NCBI RefSeq assembly: GCF_964188315.1
Contig: NC_135657.1
Location: 64,976,001 to 65,040,000, forward strand
Direction: 5' to 3'
Length of the DNA: 64,000 nt
From: Podarcis muralis
Lineage: Eukaryota
Part shown: positions 48,873-61,700 of the stretch, piece after piece
Layout of the letters: the number at the start of each line of letters is the position of its first letter
Position numbering within the stretch: the stretch's first letter is position 1
Notes under the pieces: model-generated
What the model saw: only the letters and a program-made list of their open reading frames with translations
Database searches by the model: none
Told to the model about the DNA's origin: nothing
Program-made: the position numbers and the translations under genes

Positions 48873-49248
48873 TAAATAATAAAGGACAGGAATCCCAAAC
48901 AATGCTGGGTATGAGGCTGCTAGTCAATTATAATTGTGCAACCTGAACTTACAGGTGTTAACTGAATCTCTCTCCCATTGTCTCACGAGACAGACAGATG
49001 CCAACAACAACAACAAGGTTGAATCTCAGTTGAAAATAGTGACATTCTGGAAGTGCTCAGATTTAGTTGTATTTACTGCAGCCTTTACCATCCTTCACCC
49101 ACTTCATCCATGGAACATCTCCAACTTCTCCTCTCCCTGCTAAAGCCATCTGCTTTGCCCATGCTGGTGTCACTCCAAGCTGATTTCACAATAAAACTTT
49201 TGATGCTGAATGTGTTCTGGGGAGGTGCAGAATTTGCTTCCACAAGAT

Positions 49249-49663
49249 CAGGGGCATCTTACCCATAGAGGCTAGTGGCACAGGGCACCAAGGTGCCAAG
49301 TTCTGGAGAATGCTAGGGAAGAGGCGGAGGCTAGACATGGCGCCTCCCGGCATCAGCTCACCGCCCTCCCCCACCTCCACCATGCCGCACTGAAGCAGCA
49401 CCGCGCCTGGAGCCTCCGCCTGCCATGGCCACCATGGCATGAAGCGGCCAGCTGAGCTGGGAGCCACCACACCCAGCCTCCGCCTCTTCCCTGCCCAAGG
49501 AGCTGCCCTCCTGCCGCTGCCTGCCTCCTCTAGCCCCGCAAAGCTGGGCGCAGCACCGGCAGCACCGTCCTCCCTAAAAAAAGTCAGCAACTCTGGGAAA
49601 TGGAGGGGGCGGTGCCGGAGAGATCTTTGCACCACGGTGCAGGATATGCTTAAGATGGCCCTG
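49249..49663. mobile_element. GC-rich MITE
   Basis: TIR CAGGGGCATCTTA / TAAGATGGCCCTG (12/13 match); no clear TSD. Confidence 0.65.
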
Positions 49664-51957
49664 CCCAAGATGTTGCCTTCATGTCTTCCTTGTGGGTTTC
49701 TTAAGAGGCATCTGCTTGGGCACTGCAGGAAGTAGGATGCTGGACCAAATAGGTTTTTAATGCTATTATTTGGCCACCTATTTTGTGCTGTTGGGTAGTG
49801 GTAATGGGACTGGTAATGGGAAGGGCTCCCAAGCAATGAAGTTGGGAACAGACAGTAATAGGGAACAGATGACACCAGGTCACCAGCAGGAGTTAGGCTC
49901 ATCCCTTGCTAAGACTGAAGCCTCTTTCATTTCATTTCATTTCATTTCTTAGTGCAACATGAGAAAATAGTTTTAATAGGATGAAAGTTCTGGTTAATTG
50001 AATGAGCAATGACACCCAGAAAACAATTATGAATTACTTTTGTGGTCTCAATCCCTTGTAGCTATGTCACATAAAAGAAACCAGGATTCATTTATTTTTA
50101 ATTTTTAGTTCTAAATATGGCAAAAAAATGTTATATGACACTTATTCCATGTGATCCTCATGGATGCCCTTAAGCTCCAGCAAATTTAAGGGACTGGGAT
50201 GGCACCTATTGAATTCAAAGTGATTTACCATAATGTATGGGATCATTGCCTATGACTTTATATGAATTCACAGACAGCAGAGGAAAACAACAGCCCAAAG
50301 TAAACATGAAAGGGATGCAGAAGATTGCCAAAAGCATTCATTGAGCAAAGTGCACTTTTAAAAAAATGCTTTAGCTTGTGAAGAAGTTGAATCCTGCTGG
50401 GGCTAGCATAGCAGGTTAATGTTATAACCTTTCACCTTAGAAAACTAGTTTAAATCCTGTGTAAGGGTAATAAAGGGAAATTGAGTTTGATGGTGTCAAA
50501 TTAGTCCCTAGTGAACTTTTCTCTACATCAGAAAACCTACTACACATGTAATGGAATTTATTTAGAGCAGTTGTAGGGTGGGTTTAGAAGGGATGTTGTA
50601 GAATACAATTGAAGCACATGGATAATACCATTTTTAGGGAAAGACTGTAGTATTTTCACAAATACTATCCTTGTTTCAAATCAAACAGGTTACTTTTTTC
50701 TAACAGAGACACTGCAGAAATTCACACAACATTGGGAGTTCTGTATATTTTCTTCAAGGAGCTAAATGTTTTATCTCACACTCCCCTCGAGTAACACTCC
50801 ATTGTCTTTCGAGACAGATGCCAACAACTCTACTCTGAGCATAATTAATGCTACCACCCTAAGCCCACTTACCGGGGAGTAAGCGCCGTTGATTTAAATA
50901 GGACTTGCTTCTGAGTAGACACAGCTTGCCAATTCCAAGAGGTCTTCACCCTGCCAAATAAATATTTGAGCCCCACCCCCAGGTTGATGGGCATTGCAAT
51001 TCAAATAGTGTGCGTGCATCAAGTCATGTGATCAATTAATGTGGGGGCAGGGCTTACCTGCAACAATCAGTTCCAGAGATTTTGACAACTTTCACCCACC
51101 TCCAGCTAGAACCAAGGCCTATAACTGGTGCCTTGTCATACAGTTCCTCAAATAGCCTTTTAACCTTTGAAGGCATGACACAGTTCTTTTGCTTGGAGCA
51201 CTTGACAAATGAGCACTCACACCAGCCACACATAATTTATATAGTTCATGAAAGGCAAGTTTGCAATTATAAATGATAATGGTGATAATAATTAAGAACC
51301 AAGACATTTTACAGGGAGAGAAGACAAATCACCATTTCACTGGAGCCTAGAAAAATGCAAACTACATGGTGTCCAAACACACTAATTAGAAAACCTAAAT
51401 GCCATGAGGAATGACCCACAGAGAGAACAGTTTGTTGCTTAAGAACATATGGCACTGGCTGACTTCAGGAAATTTTTAAAGAGTGTGCACATATTTCTCC
51501 AAGATTTCTAACTTCCCAAGGGAGGAGGAAGAGGGGGGGGGGATGAAAAACATGACAGCAAGTAATTTGAAATTGCAGGTAGTACACTTTCCTTTTTCTT
51601 CGATGGAAACCTGATACCTGATACCAATACAGGACATTTCCTCGTTATTATGTACAGAAATGGTTACCGCCAGCCAGTTTACTATGTGGTAAAACTGCAG
51701 TGGTGGATGCTTTTGTTGCTGCTCCCATTCAGCTATAATTCATCAGATAAATTAATCAACTTAATTTTATCCTTGCATCAAATATGTGCTAACCCTAGAC
51801 AAAGGGCTATGGATTTCTTTGTTCAGCAAATCCTGGGCAAAAACTGACAAAAAATGTAATACAGATTAATTGTCTGGTACTTGAAAACCACAAAGCTGGA
51901 ATGCTTGCATGACTCATTTTTCTTCATTGGCATTTTACACATTACTACTACTAGTAG

Positions 51958-52314
51958 GGGATGCGGGTGGCGCTGTGGGTAAAAGCCTCAGCGCCCAGGG
52001 CTTGCCGATCGAAAGGTTGGCGGTTCGAATCCCCGCAGCGGGGTGCGCTCCCGTTGCTCGGTCCCAGCGCCTGCCAACCTAGCAGTTCGAAAGCACCCCC
52101 AGGTGCAAGTAGATAAATAGGGACCGCTTACTGGCGGGAAGGTAAACGGCGTTTCCGTGTGCTGCGCTGGCTCGCCAGATGCAGCTTTGTCACGCTGGCC
52201 ACGTGACCCGGAAGTGTCTTTGGACAGCGCTGGCCCCTGGCCTCTTAAGTGAGATGGGCGCACAACCCCAGAGTCTGTCAAGACTGGCCCGTACGGGCAG
52301 GGGTACCTTTACCT
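51958..52314 (+). mobile_element. Sauria SINE, full length
   Basis: Head GGGATGCGGGTGGCGCTGTGGG, B-box GGTTCGAATCCCC, tail TACCTTTACCT; TSD TACTACTAGTAG (51946-51957, 52315-52326). Confidence 0.93.
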
Positions 52315-52468
52315 TACTACTAGTAGTACTATTAATACTAATACTATTGTTAGGACCACCGCTGCTGCTGCTACTACTACTAGTAGTAGTAGTGATGCTA
52401 ACAATAGTACTACTATTAATAGTACTACCACCAGTAGTAGTACTATTACTACTAGTACTATTATTATT
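52315..52468. repeat. (TAC/TAG/TAT)n low-complexity tract
   Basis: Direct reading. Confidence 0.9.
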
Positions 52469-54559
52469 TTAATGTCATCTGAGCACAGTTCTTTAAATTG
52501 TGGCAGTCATCCTGAAGCTCAGTCAAACTATATGATCAAATAATCACTAGGTGTTGGGTGGCTAGATTTCCCCAAGAAACTGCTTTTGTTTGTTTGTTTG
52601 TTTTGTTCCCAAAGAAACAGCAGGACTTGCAAGGGCATTGGGGCCATTTGGTAGTGGCAGTAGTGAATGGTAAATGTAAAATGACACACAACCCACTTCT
52701 AGTAATTTTTCTTTTATTTACACAGGCCAACAGACCTGCCAAACCCAGAGAGACCATTTGCCTGACCCTCTCAAGTCCTTTGTAGAACCATTTGTATACT
52801 TTGGCTAATAGATGTCTTGGGAGTTATTGCTTTGGAGCTGTTCAAGTGACAGTTTATTGTGAAATCAAAGGAAGTTAGGCTGTTTCGTACCACTGAAGGC
52901 ACAATCCATTTGCGTGCCTATACAACCTTTGGTTTATTTATTATTTAATGGTCCTCAGTTAGTGTGTGATTAGAAAATCTTTTCCCTCCATAAAAATATA
53001 CATATACTTGGAAAAATGTACCCCACATACTTCTGAAATTCAGCAGATAAATTAATAGTGGTGACAACCATGGACCATTTTAACTCTGCTAATGTAAAAC
53101 ACATTATTTTAATTCTGATATATATTTGAGATAATGGATTTTGAACTATTTATGTAAAAGCCAGATTGAAACATGCTATCCTAAGTCCCTTCATGCAAAT
53201 AATTTAATTATTGCTGAGAAGAAGAATGAGCTATAAGAAACGTTAGAGCCACAACATACTAGAGGAAGACTATTCTAAGATGATGTTAAGCATTTTGGAA
53301 GCTATTGATATTTATTCAATTAACACAGCACAGTAAAAGAGAAAATGGCATTCGTGACAGTTGGGAAGTTACATGTAATCTTACATATATTAAAATATAT
53401 CTTCCTATGCGCTCACAGTTATTGGCTGGTAAATGTTTGTACTGGTTTCTGTGACCCTGAATGGTCTATAGGATGTTTCAAAATACAATGGGAAGGATTC
53501 TGATTTTCCCCTCCGCAAGCTTTTGTGCAGTACCTGAGGAGAAAGGACAGAAGTTGGCCACTGAAGCAATATTCAAACCCCTCCATTGGCTGTGTTCGGA
53601 TTTGTTTTAACATGGTATAGCTTTCTGATAATGAGCCTTAGTATGCCCCAATCTCAAGCATTGCCTCTCCTTCTCTGACATAGACATGAGAAGGCCAGAA
53701 TCTTCTGCTCCTGTTTCCGATTAACCACAGTTTAGCATGTCATCCAAACACAGGTTAGTTGAAACAAGGCATCTTCACAAACTATTCTTTTTCCAACTGA
53801 CCATAGCAAAAATTAACTACAGTTTGTCTGGGTTCAGATGGCATGGCAAGGTTAATCAAAATGATTAGTGAAAGATTCTGAGCTCCTCCTTAGGACTGCA
53901 CAGGAGTTGACAGAGGGCAGGTGATGCATTATCCTTTTCATAATGTCCATAATGTTTACCAGCACATCCAAATCAGCCCACTGAGCCATAGACTTCCAAT
54001 GTTCTCCTACCTCAGTGTAATTTCTATAAGATCAGGTTACTGATATTCAACTGAATTGTGTGTCAACAGTTTGTTGTTTTTTTAAAAAAGAAATATGTCT
54101 CTTGTGTATTTGCATCAGAGTGGCATGTGTTCTTCAAAAAGCACACATGTCCCCCCCCCAATTTTGCGTGCCCCATGTCTTTGATTGCTAAACATAAGAT
54201 GATTTCCCCATTTATATGCAAGTTGCATTTTACGAGAACAAATCCCCTTTTCTGGGTTTTACAGCCAATTAGGTTTACCATGTGTAGTAAAATGTAGTTG
54301 ACTAAATTTGCCAGCACACCCTAAGCCTTAAGAGTCTGATGTATCATATTTCTTCGTAAAAAGCTACTGTGATATAGGATAACCTCCTTAATTGGCATCC
54401 CCTAAGCGAAACAGAAACATTTAGCTAACTCAGAGGGTGCAAGTCAGTTCTTAAATCCCATCCGCTGGATCAAGAAATGAGCACGTCCAGGTTTGCTTCC
54501 ACCAACAGAACACAGCACTGAGATGACTGAGGAAAATCTGCAGGGGTTGAATGATACTG

Positions 54560-54800
54560 TTGCACCTGCGGGAAACTTTCAGTGGCTGCTAGACATAATG
54601 GCTATGCTCTGCCTCCATGGTCAGAGGCAACTGTGTTTCTGAATACCAGCTGCTGGAAGCCACAGTTGGAGAGAATGGTCTTGTGCTTGGTCCCTCTTGC
54701 CTGTTTCTCATCGGCATCTTGTTGGTCACCAAGAGAACAGGATGCAGGAATACCTGGGACATTGGTCTGATTCAGCAGGCTCTTATTATGTCAGTGGAAC
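54560..54800 (+). mobile_element. CR1-type 3' end relic
   Basis: Ends TGGTCTGATTCAGCAGGCTCTTATTATG, the reverse complement of the signature at 3258/41484/58528. Confidence 0.6.
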
Positions 54801-55907
54801 ACTAATGCCGGTAGACATCACAGGAACAAAAATAGGTAGATGGTGAATGTGGTGGAGGTGGATCAGGACTAAAGAGGAATTCTATGCTCACTTAGAGGTC
54901 AGTCTTAACCCGGTTAACTTGTTTTAAATGAACCTGAGTTTGTGGGGAGTTTGTGTGTTCCCCACTATTTATATAGGTGTATGCAAAAGGGTTCATTGGC
55001 AGTTATTTCTTATAACAAGCCTTTATGGATACCAGGTCAATAATAAATGGCTGCTTACGCATTACTCAACCAAACGATTTCTTTCTCTCCCATTGTGCTC
55101 CTAAGGAAACGACACTGCCAGTAAAATAAACTGAAATGCTCTAGTGCAGACAGTATGTTCGCAGCACTGCATAGCTTCAAAATGACAATAGAGACTTTGA
55201 AGCCATGTGTTGTATAATGAACATGATGCTAAACCATGTGTCTCCGCTGAAGGGTCTGGTTCTCTCTTTGACGCCAAGCAGAAGCTGTGTGTAAAAGAAA
55301 CGATCAGAGAAGAGAAGCCAGCTTACGAGAGCGTTAGCACTTCAGATGTGGTTTACATCCTACCAGCAAACCCAGCCTAAAGCAAACAGATTTGGAACAT
55401 GCGACTCTCATCATCTTAGCTGCACAAAAACATAACACTGCCGTTTGCTTCACTAGTAGAAGTAAAAGTAACCCCAAGATGAAATTGCTATGGCAAGAAA
55501 GTTGGCAAAAGCTACAACACCTTGTTCTGTTTCGTATGTATCAGACAGGGCCTCGGATTGAATTTTATCATTGTTTCATTGGGCAATTGAAGTGGCGCTG
55601 TGAATGTAATACATTTAAAAAGATAAAAACAATAAACCCGTTTTCTGTATCTTTACATTTTAAAAAACACTGCTGTTTGAGGATAAAATAGTACCATGGG
55701 TTTGCAGGGGGCAAGAATCCCTGGGTGCCAGGTTCTCCCCATAATTTCAGGAATTAGTAAATGTGGAGTTTGATCAATGGATTTAACAAGGCCTAAAAGA
55801 TGCCAGTCCAGTTTCCTCAGGAGATTCGCTGAGAGAAGGGCCACCAAAGAACAAAACAGGTGATGGAAGTCATTCTGCTGACAAAAGGTGGGCCATTGAG
55901 ACACAAT

Positions 55908-56405
55908 TCAGTGTCGGACAAGAAGGGGGGTAGAGTCCCTCCCCCAACCGCGTGTTAGCAAAAGACAACAGTTGGGAATGGGAGGTTGCCAGGGTACAGT
56001 GGGTGTGATGTCACCACAGGGGTGTGTTTTCTTTTTGTATGAGACTTGGGCTGCATTTTAGCAAGAGTTAGGGGAGCGGGGGCTAGATGATATGTGGGTG
56101 GGCAATTTGTGCTGAGGAGACAGGGATGGTTGCCTTTTGGCTGCCTTTGAATTCAATGCTGTGCCACTGTGGGAAGCAAGCCCCTCTTGAGATGTGATGC
56201 TTGTAACCCCCTCTCAATCCAGATTTGGTTGTAAAGATGTGCAAATAAATCATATTTCATAAAGACACTACAGTCTCTGCTGTGCCTAATTTTCAAAGGG
56301 AAGCACAAACCCTGGTTAAGTGCCAAGAGCCCTGAAATCCTGCACTGCTCTGTAGAGATTGGGGTAGCCTGTATACTTTGTTCCAATCTAGTGGCTTTGT
56401 GCACA
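55908..56405 (+). mobile_element. Possible decayed solo LTR
   Basis: About 500 bp, TGT...ACA ends, G-rich 5' half, AATAAA at ~56244. No TSD found. Confidence 0.35.
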
Positions 56406-58527
56406 TGTTGAAACTCTGATGTACCTACTGAGCACCTGTACATGAGTGTCTTCATATGGTTCAAGCATGCTATTCCATGTGCTCAAGTGAAAGTGGAATC
56501 CTTTAGCCACAGAGACTCAGTGTGTGCATCAAAGCATATGTGCAGTTCATCTGAAAATGTTTTGAAAAAGAATTTCAAATGCACAATTTTTAAAATTAAA
56601 AAAATCTCTTCCATCCAAAAATTCTAGAACACTTCGATTTTTTAAATGACATCTAATATTCATATATTGATTAGCTGCTCTGAGCTTTATCATAATGCTC
56701 TTTCTCCTTATTTCGGTGCCAACTTAAAATGCTTTTACTCAGGGTATTAGTTGTGAATTTATCCTGAACGATGATGATGCACTGTAGTCTCAAAGACCAC
56801 TGTTACTTACTGGGCTTTCTTCTGAGCTGATGTTGATGATGGTGTGGGATTTAGTGTATGGATGGTTTTCCGTTGGATATGTTATTGCTATTTGCACCTT
56901 TCTCTGAGATCAACTGCAATGAAATATTGAAGTGGCTATCTGTTGTGACATCTATAAAAGGTGACCATCCCATGCACTATTTGTGAATATGTACGCGTGT
57001 GTGTATGTAAATGTGGGTGTACATGTGAGCCTGAAGGGGGGCAAAAAAGCATAGTGTGCCAATGTGTGTAGGTGTCTGGCACATATATGTATCTGAGGGC
57101 ATATGCATATGTGTGTATGGTGTTTTTTTATTGTGAGCAGAGAGAGAAATTTAGAAAATCACCTGCTGCCCACCCCACAAAACCACCAGCCCCCTTCATT
57201 TGTATCATAATATCCCTGCTGTGTAAATGAGAATTAACTACTGTTAAGGCCACTTGGCCGTGTCAGGATGCACTATATGAAGCACAACCCTATATTCATG
57301 CTTACCTGGATGCAGGTACCCCTATGGTTTATGGGGTTTATTCCTAGATAAACGTGCATAGCATTGGACTCTTAATTTTCCTTCTTGAAATTTATGCTCT
57401 GTCCAGAGTTACATTTATCAGCTTGCCCTTAGGAAGCAAAGCACAACCTCATTTCTTTGTATAGTATGCTTTGCTGTAATCTTGCAGATCATTAAAATAC
57501 AGATGGAGATTTGGTGTTTTAATTTAAAAAAATAACACACACACACCGGCCTCCCACACCACCGCCATAAATAAATAATGTCAAACAATAAAGGTAGACA
57601 GTGGGCAAAATTAGAGTGCAGTTGGATTTGAAAATAGATTTACCATATAAAGTGTAGAAAGAACTGTATCTCATTTAATATGACCTGTCAATAGAATTGT
57701 GATAGATTACAGAACAATGTGATGAACTGGCTTTTGTATGGATTTTTGAATTTCTCTCATGCATCCCCACCACTCATCCATCTTCCATCCATCCATAATT
57801 CCAACTCTCTGAGCAGCTTCAAACAGCTGACATCTTTTTTAAAAAATAAACAGTGCAAAGCAATATTTCATTTCTTACCCTCATTTACCTCCCAAAATAT
57901 CACTGGCTTGACAGGAAAGATAAATGATATTTAGTTCTGCTCCAGTGGCAGGTTTTAAAAGATCGGCATTTAGCAGATCATTACAGGAAGACGGGAGAGG
58001 GAGAGTTCTCCCACATTTTTAGTTGGTTGTACAGCTTTTGTTAGTAAGCCTAGAATGTTTCTAGGAAACAGAACTCAAGGCATTTATTACGCAAAAACAT
58101 CTACTTCAGATAATTTATTGTGATTTCACAAATGGTAAATTATAGTTCACTTATCCCAAGGAAAGCCAAAAATTCGATTCTTAGTACAGTATCTGACTCT
58201 GTAGTAAGAAGCAGCCTGAGGTGCAAAAATCACACTGTGTAAAATGGGGGTGGGGGTCCTTTGGCCCACCATATGTCACTGAACTACAGCTTCCATTATC
58301 CCAGGCTGTACAATGTGTACAGGGGGTACAGATGTACTGGGCTGCATACCAGGAAGGGCCCCAGTCTCTTAGCTTTCATTAAGAAAGTAGAAAAAAAGAG
58401 TTGATCTAAGGAAAGTTATTAAGCAAAATATGGAGGCAACTCTAATGCTTTAGAACTTAGCAGCACTATGAAATTGCAGTCAACTCAAGCTCTTCCAGGC
58501 TTTCTTTACATGTTTTGTGAATGACAT

Positions 58528-58745
58528 TACATAAGAGCCTGCTGGATTAGGCCAATGATCCATTTAGTCCAGGATCTTGTTCCCACAGTGGCCAACCAGG
58601 TGCCTTTGGGAAACCCACAAGCAGGACTCAAGAGCACTCTGCCCTATTATGGTTTCAAGCAGCTAGTATTCAGAAGCATACTGACTCTGAGCACACCCAT
58701 TGTGGCTACTAGCCACTGATAGCCTTATCCTCCATGAATTTGTTC
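58528..58745 (-). mobile_element. CR1-type 3' end relic
   Basis: ATAAGAGCCTGCTGGATTAGGCCAATGATCCATTTAGTCCAGG...CACAGTGGCCAACCAG. Confidence 0.65.
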
Positions 58746-61700
58746 TATTTTAAAGCCATCCAAGTAGATGGGCATCTGTGCAACCCTCTGCTCAATCTAC
58801 TCAAACCTCTGCCCTTGTTTAAAATCATCCCTTTTTTCCTCTCAGTATTTTTTCGTCACTGCCTTATTCAGACTCTGCTGTTGTTTAGAACGGCTGCTTT
58901 CTCTCTCTCAGTGTGTCTCCATCCCTGCTTTACTCAAACCTCTACTGTTGTTTAAAACAGCCATTTTCCAATCAATGTCCTTCTAACCCTATTTCATCAA
59001 ACTTCTGCTATTATTTAAAACAGCCACATTCCCCCTTTCAGTATGACTCTCTTCTCACGATATTCCAGTGCCTCCCTTTTCCATTCCTCTGCTACCTCAG
59101 TACTAGAGTATCACGTCCTGGTTATGGGTTTGTCCTGGGTCCAATATAATGTTCCTTGAGAGATAGCAATGAAAAACATATTGGGTTGAACTTGTAATCC
59201 TACTGAATTTTACTCAGAGCAGACCTACTATAATTAATGGACCTAATTTAGTCATGTCCATTAATTTCTCTAGGTTTACTCTGAGTAAAACTGACAATTA
59301 ATACAACCCATAGCTGTACAAATAAATTGACATAATGTTAATTATAATATAATGTTAATTTATTTGATTGCTTCTTCTGTAATGCTAGAAAGATTATCTT
59401 CGATGTCATGTGTAGCAGAGCAAAATGATCATTCTTATTTGTCGTTAACTCAGTTAAAATCAAATCAGACTTTTGGTATTTATACAGTGGATTTTTTTCC
59501 CAAAGGCATTTTAGCTGCCAAATATAAATTGGGGTAATTTTCAATGTCATTTTCAGAAAGTGATTACTACATAATTTACTATTTTTGCAAACCAGCAATT
59601 TAGGAAGGTCTTTGAATGCTAGCTATTGTAGCTGATACTGGCATCTTGCTCAGTTATGGTTTTAATAAGCACAGATTAGTTGTGGCTTGCTTTTAATTAT
59701 ATTGAAATTGCAAAGCAGTCAATAAAGACAAATTAAAACAACAACAATTAGCTTTTGTCAAATGGCTGACAAATGGTTTTGTCAAGAAAAAATAAGTTTC
59801 TCAGGAACAATTTCCAAAAGCAGCTTGCGTTAGTGAAAGTATGAGGTGGCACCAAGGCCTTTTTAAAAATTTGACAGAAAATAATAAACTATGCTTCCAT
59901 AGCTGACCTTAAATGGTGGCATTGAGCTGAAGCGTTTCTTGATTATGTACTGATTGTGTAGCTATGCTTTCCCCAATGGAAGCTTTGTAAATGTAGAAAA
60001 TATAATATGCTAAAAGAAAACTATAAAAAGAAAGAAACAACAAAGCCATTCATTTAATTGTTGTGTATATCAAATGTCCAGTCCTCCAAATCAGTCTCAA
60101 ACCACAACTAGCACTTCAGCACACATTTTCTGAAGCGTAGTCCTGTTCCGGTAACATATGAATGGAATCCTTTGTGTCAACAGAGTTTCATTTGAATTAG
60201 TCTTTCCTTCCCCCAAAATGTTTAAAATAGGTCGGCTTGCACATCGACATAGCATTACAGCTTTTATACTTACATATTTCCATATTTGGCAAACTGTCCT
60301 GTTTCCAATATTTGTCTAGCAGAATCCATCCTCTCATCAACCAATTATGCTGCAGTCCTATACACAATTACCCGGGAGTAAGTCCTGTTAAACTCAGTTG
60401 GACTTATATCTGAATAAATGTGCAAGGGCCCATGCAGGGTTCTCTCTGGCTCAATCTCACATAAGGTTTCACAAACCCAGATAAAATAATAATGGACATT
60501 AATGGCATTTCATAAGCAGTAATCTTATTAGCACACGATTCCATCTCCTTTCGATACTTCTGTACATCCCCACAACTCCATCTCCACAGCTGCAACAGTT
60601 AATATAGTCTGATTAACTGTTTATGTCTCCCATTCCTATTGGTGATCTATCTGGGGACAGAGGATGCCTATATTTGCGACAGCCACTGCCGCCTCCCCCT
60701 CCCCCCCCTCTTGGTTTGTGCATAACACAGCAATTAGGGCTGAGAATTCAAGAATCACCAAAACAGAAGGTGGAAGGGAATAGTGGCGCTGCTGCCATTT
60801 TGGCTCATCCAACAGGAACTAGTCTACTAGTTCTAAGCTTTCTAACCCTTTTCTCTATCCAAATATCCCAACTCTGCTTGTGGGAGTCTCTGGACCAAGT
60901 AATACACGTGATCCGAAAGCATTGTGGCAGTATTGCCCAATGTCTTTTAAACAACTTAATGTAACTGACATTAATTTGACCTTTGCCTTCACCCCTTTTC
61001 CCAATCAAAATACGCACCCAAGTTTCTAGCAGCTGATAGGGAAATGTTACCTTTGGTCCACTTTGCAGCTGCTTTAAGGTCTTCAAAAAAGAGGCTGGGA
61101 GATCCAGTTGTGGGTCTCAAGTGCCTTGGCACTCAGGCAAAAACAAAGACCAGTCTTGAACATACACACACACCCCAGTTTGGAAATGGGGAGCAGAACC
61201 ATTCTTAACTTCAGTAAACCACAGCTGAGACAACAGATTAAATTGACAAAGTGTTCATTATACATTTCAGCAGAGCTTGGTTTATTGCATGCTCCCATTA
61301 TCCTGCTGTAAGTTTATTTCGTTTGACTGATGTTCCTAACAGCGTGTCTAGTGCCATGATAAAGAGCCATTGCACAGATTACAGAAGTCGACGTTCCCCG
61401 TGTGTGCTGGCTGTGCCTTTTCTGTAACAGTTGACAGCTTGAGGTTTCACAATTGTTTGCTCGTGTGCTGGTTCTTTTCAGGCATAAAAAAATGCAGCCT
61501 GTACACTGCACCCGTGTCAGCAGGACAGAAAGAGCATAGAGAGCCAATATGGTACAAAGGGACCGCAGCTTATGGTCAGCAGATCGAGTTCCCAGGAGTC
61601 ATGATACAGGAGTTCTGGAGCAGGGTAAGAAGTTCAGAACTGGACTGAAAGGACAAAGATGTCCCAAGAAATTTCCCAAGGGGAGGAAAAGGGTCAAAGA

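Noticed and set aside
49186-49902. 238-aa minus-strand ORF
   Set aside because: Lies mostly within a GC-rich MITE bounded by TIRs; no domain.
51958-52040. tRNA-like A/B boxes (also 39690-39774)
   Set aside because: Heads of Sauria SINEs, not tRNA genes.
52179-52472. Hydrophobic Leu/Val-rich ORF
   Set aside because: Translation of SINE tail plus trinucleotide low-complexity tract.
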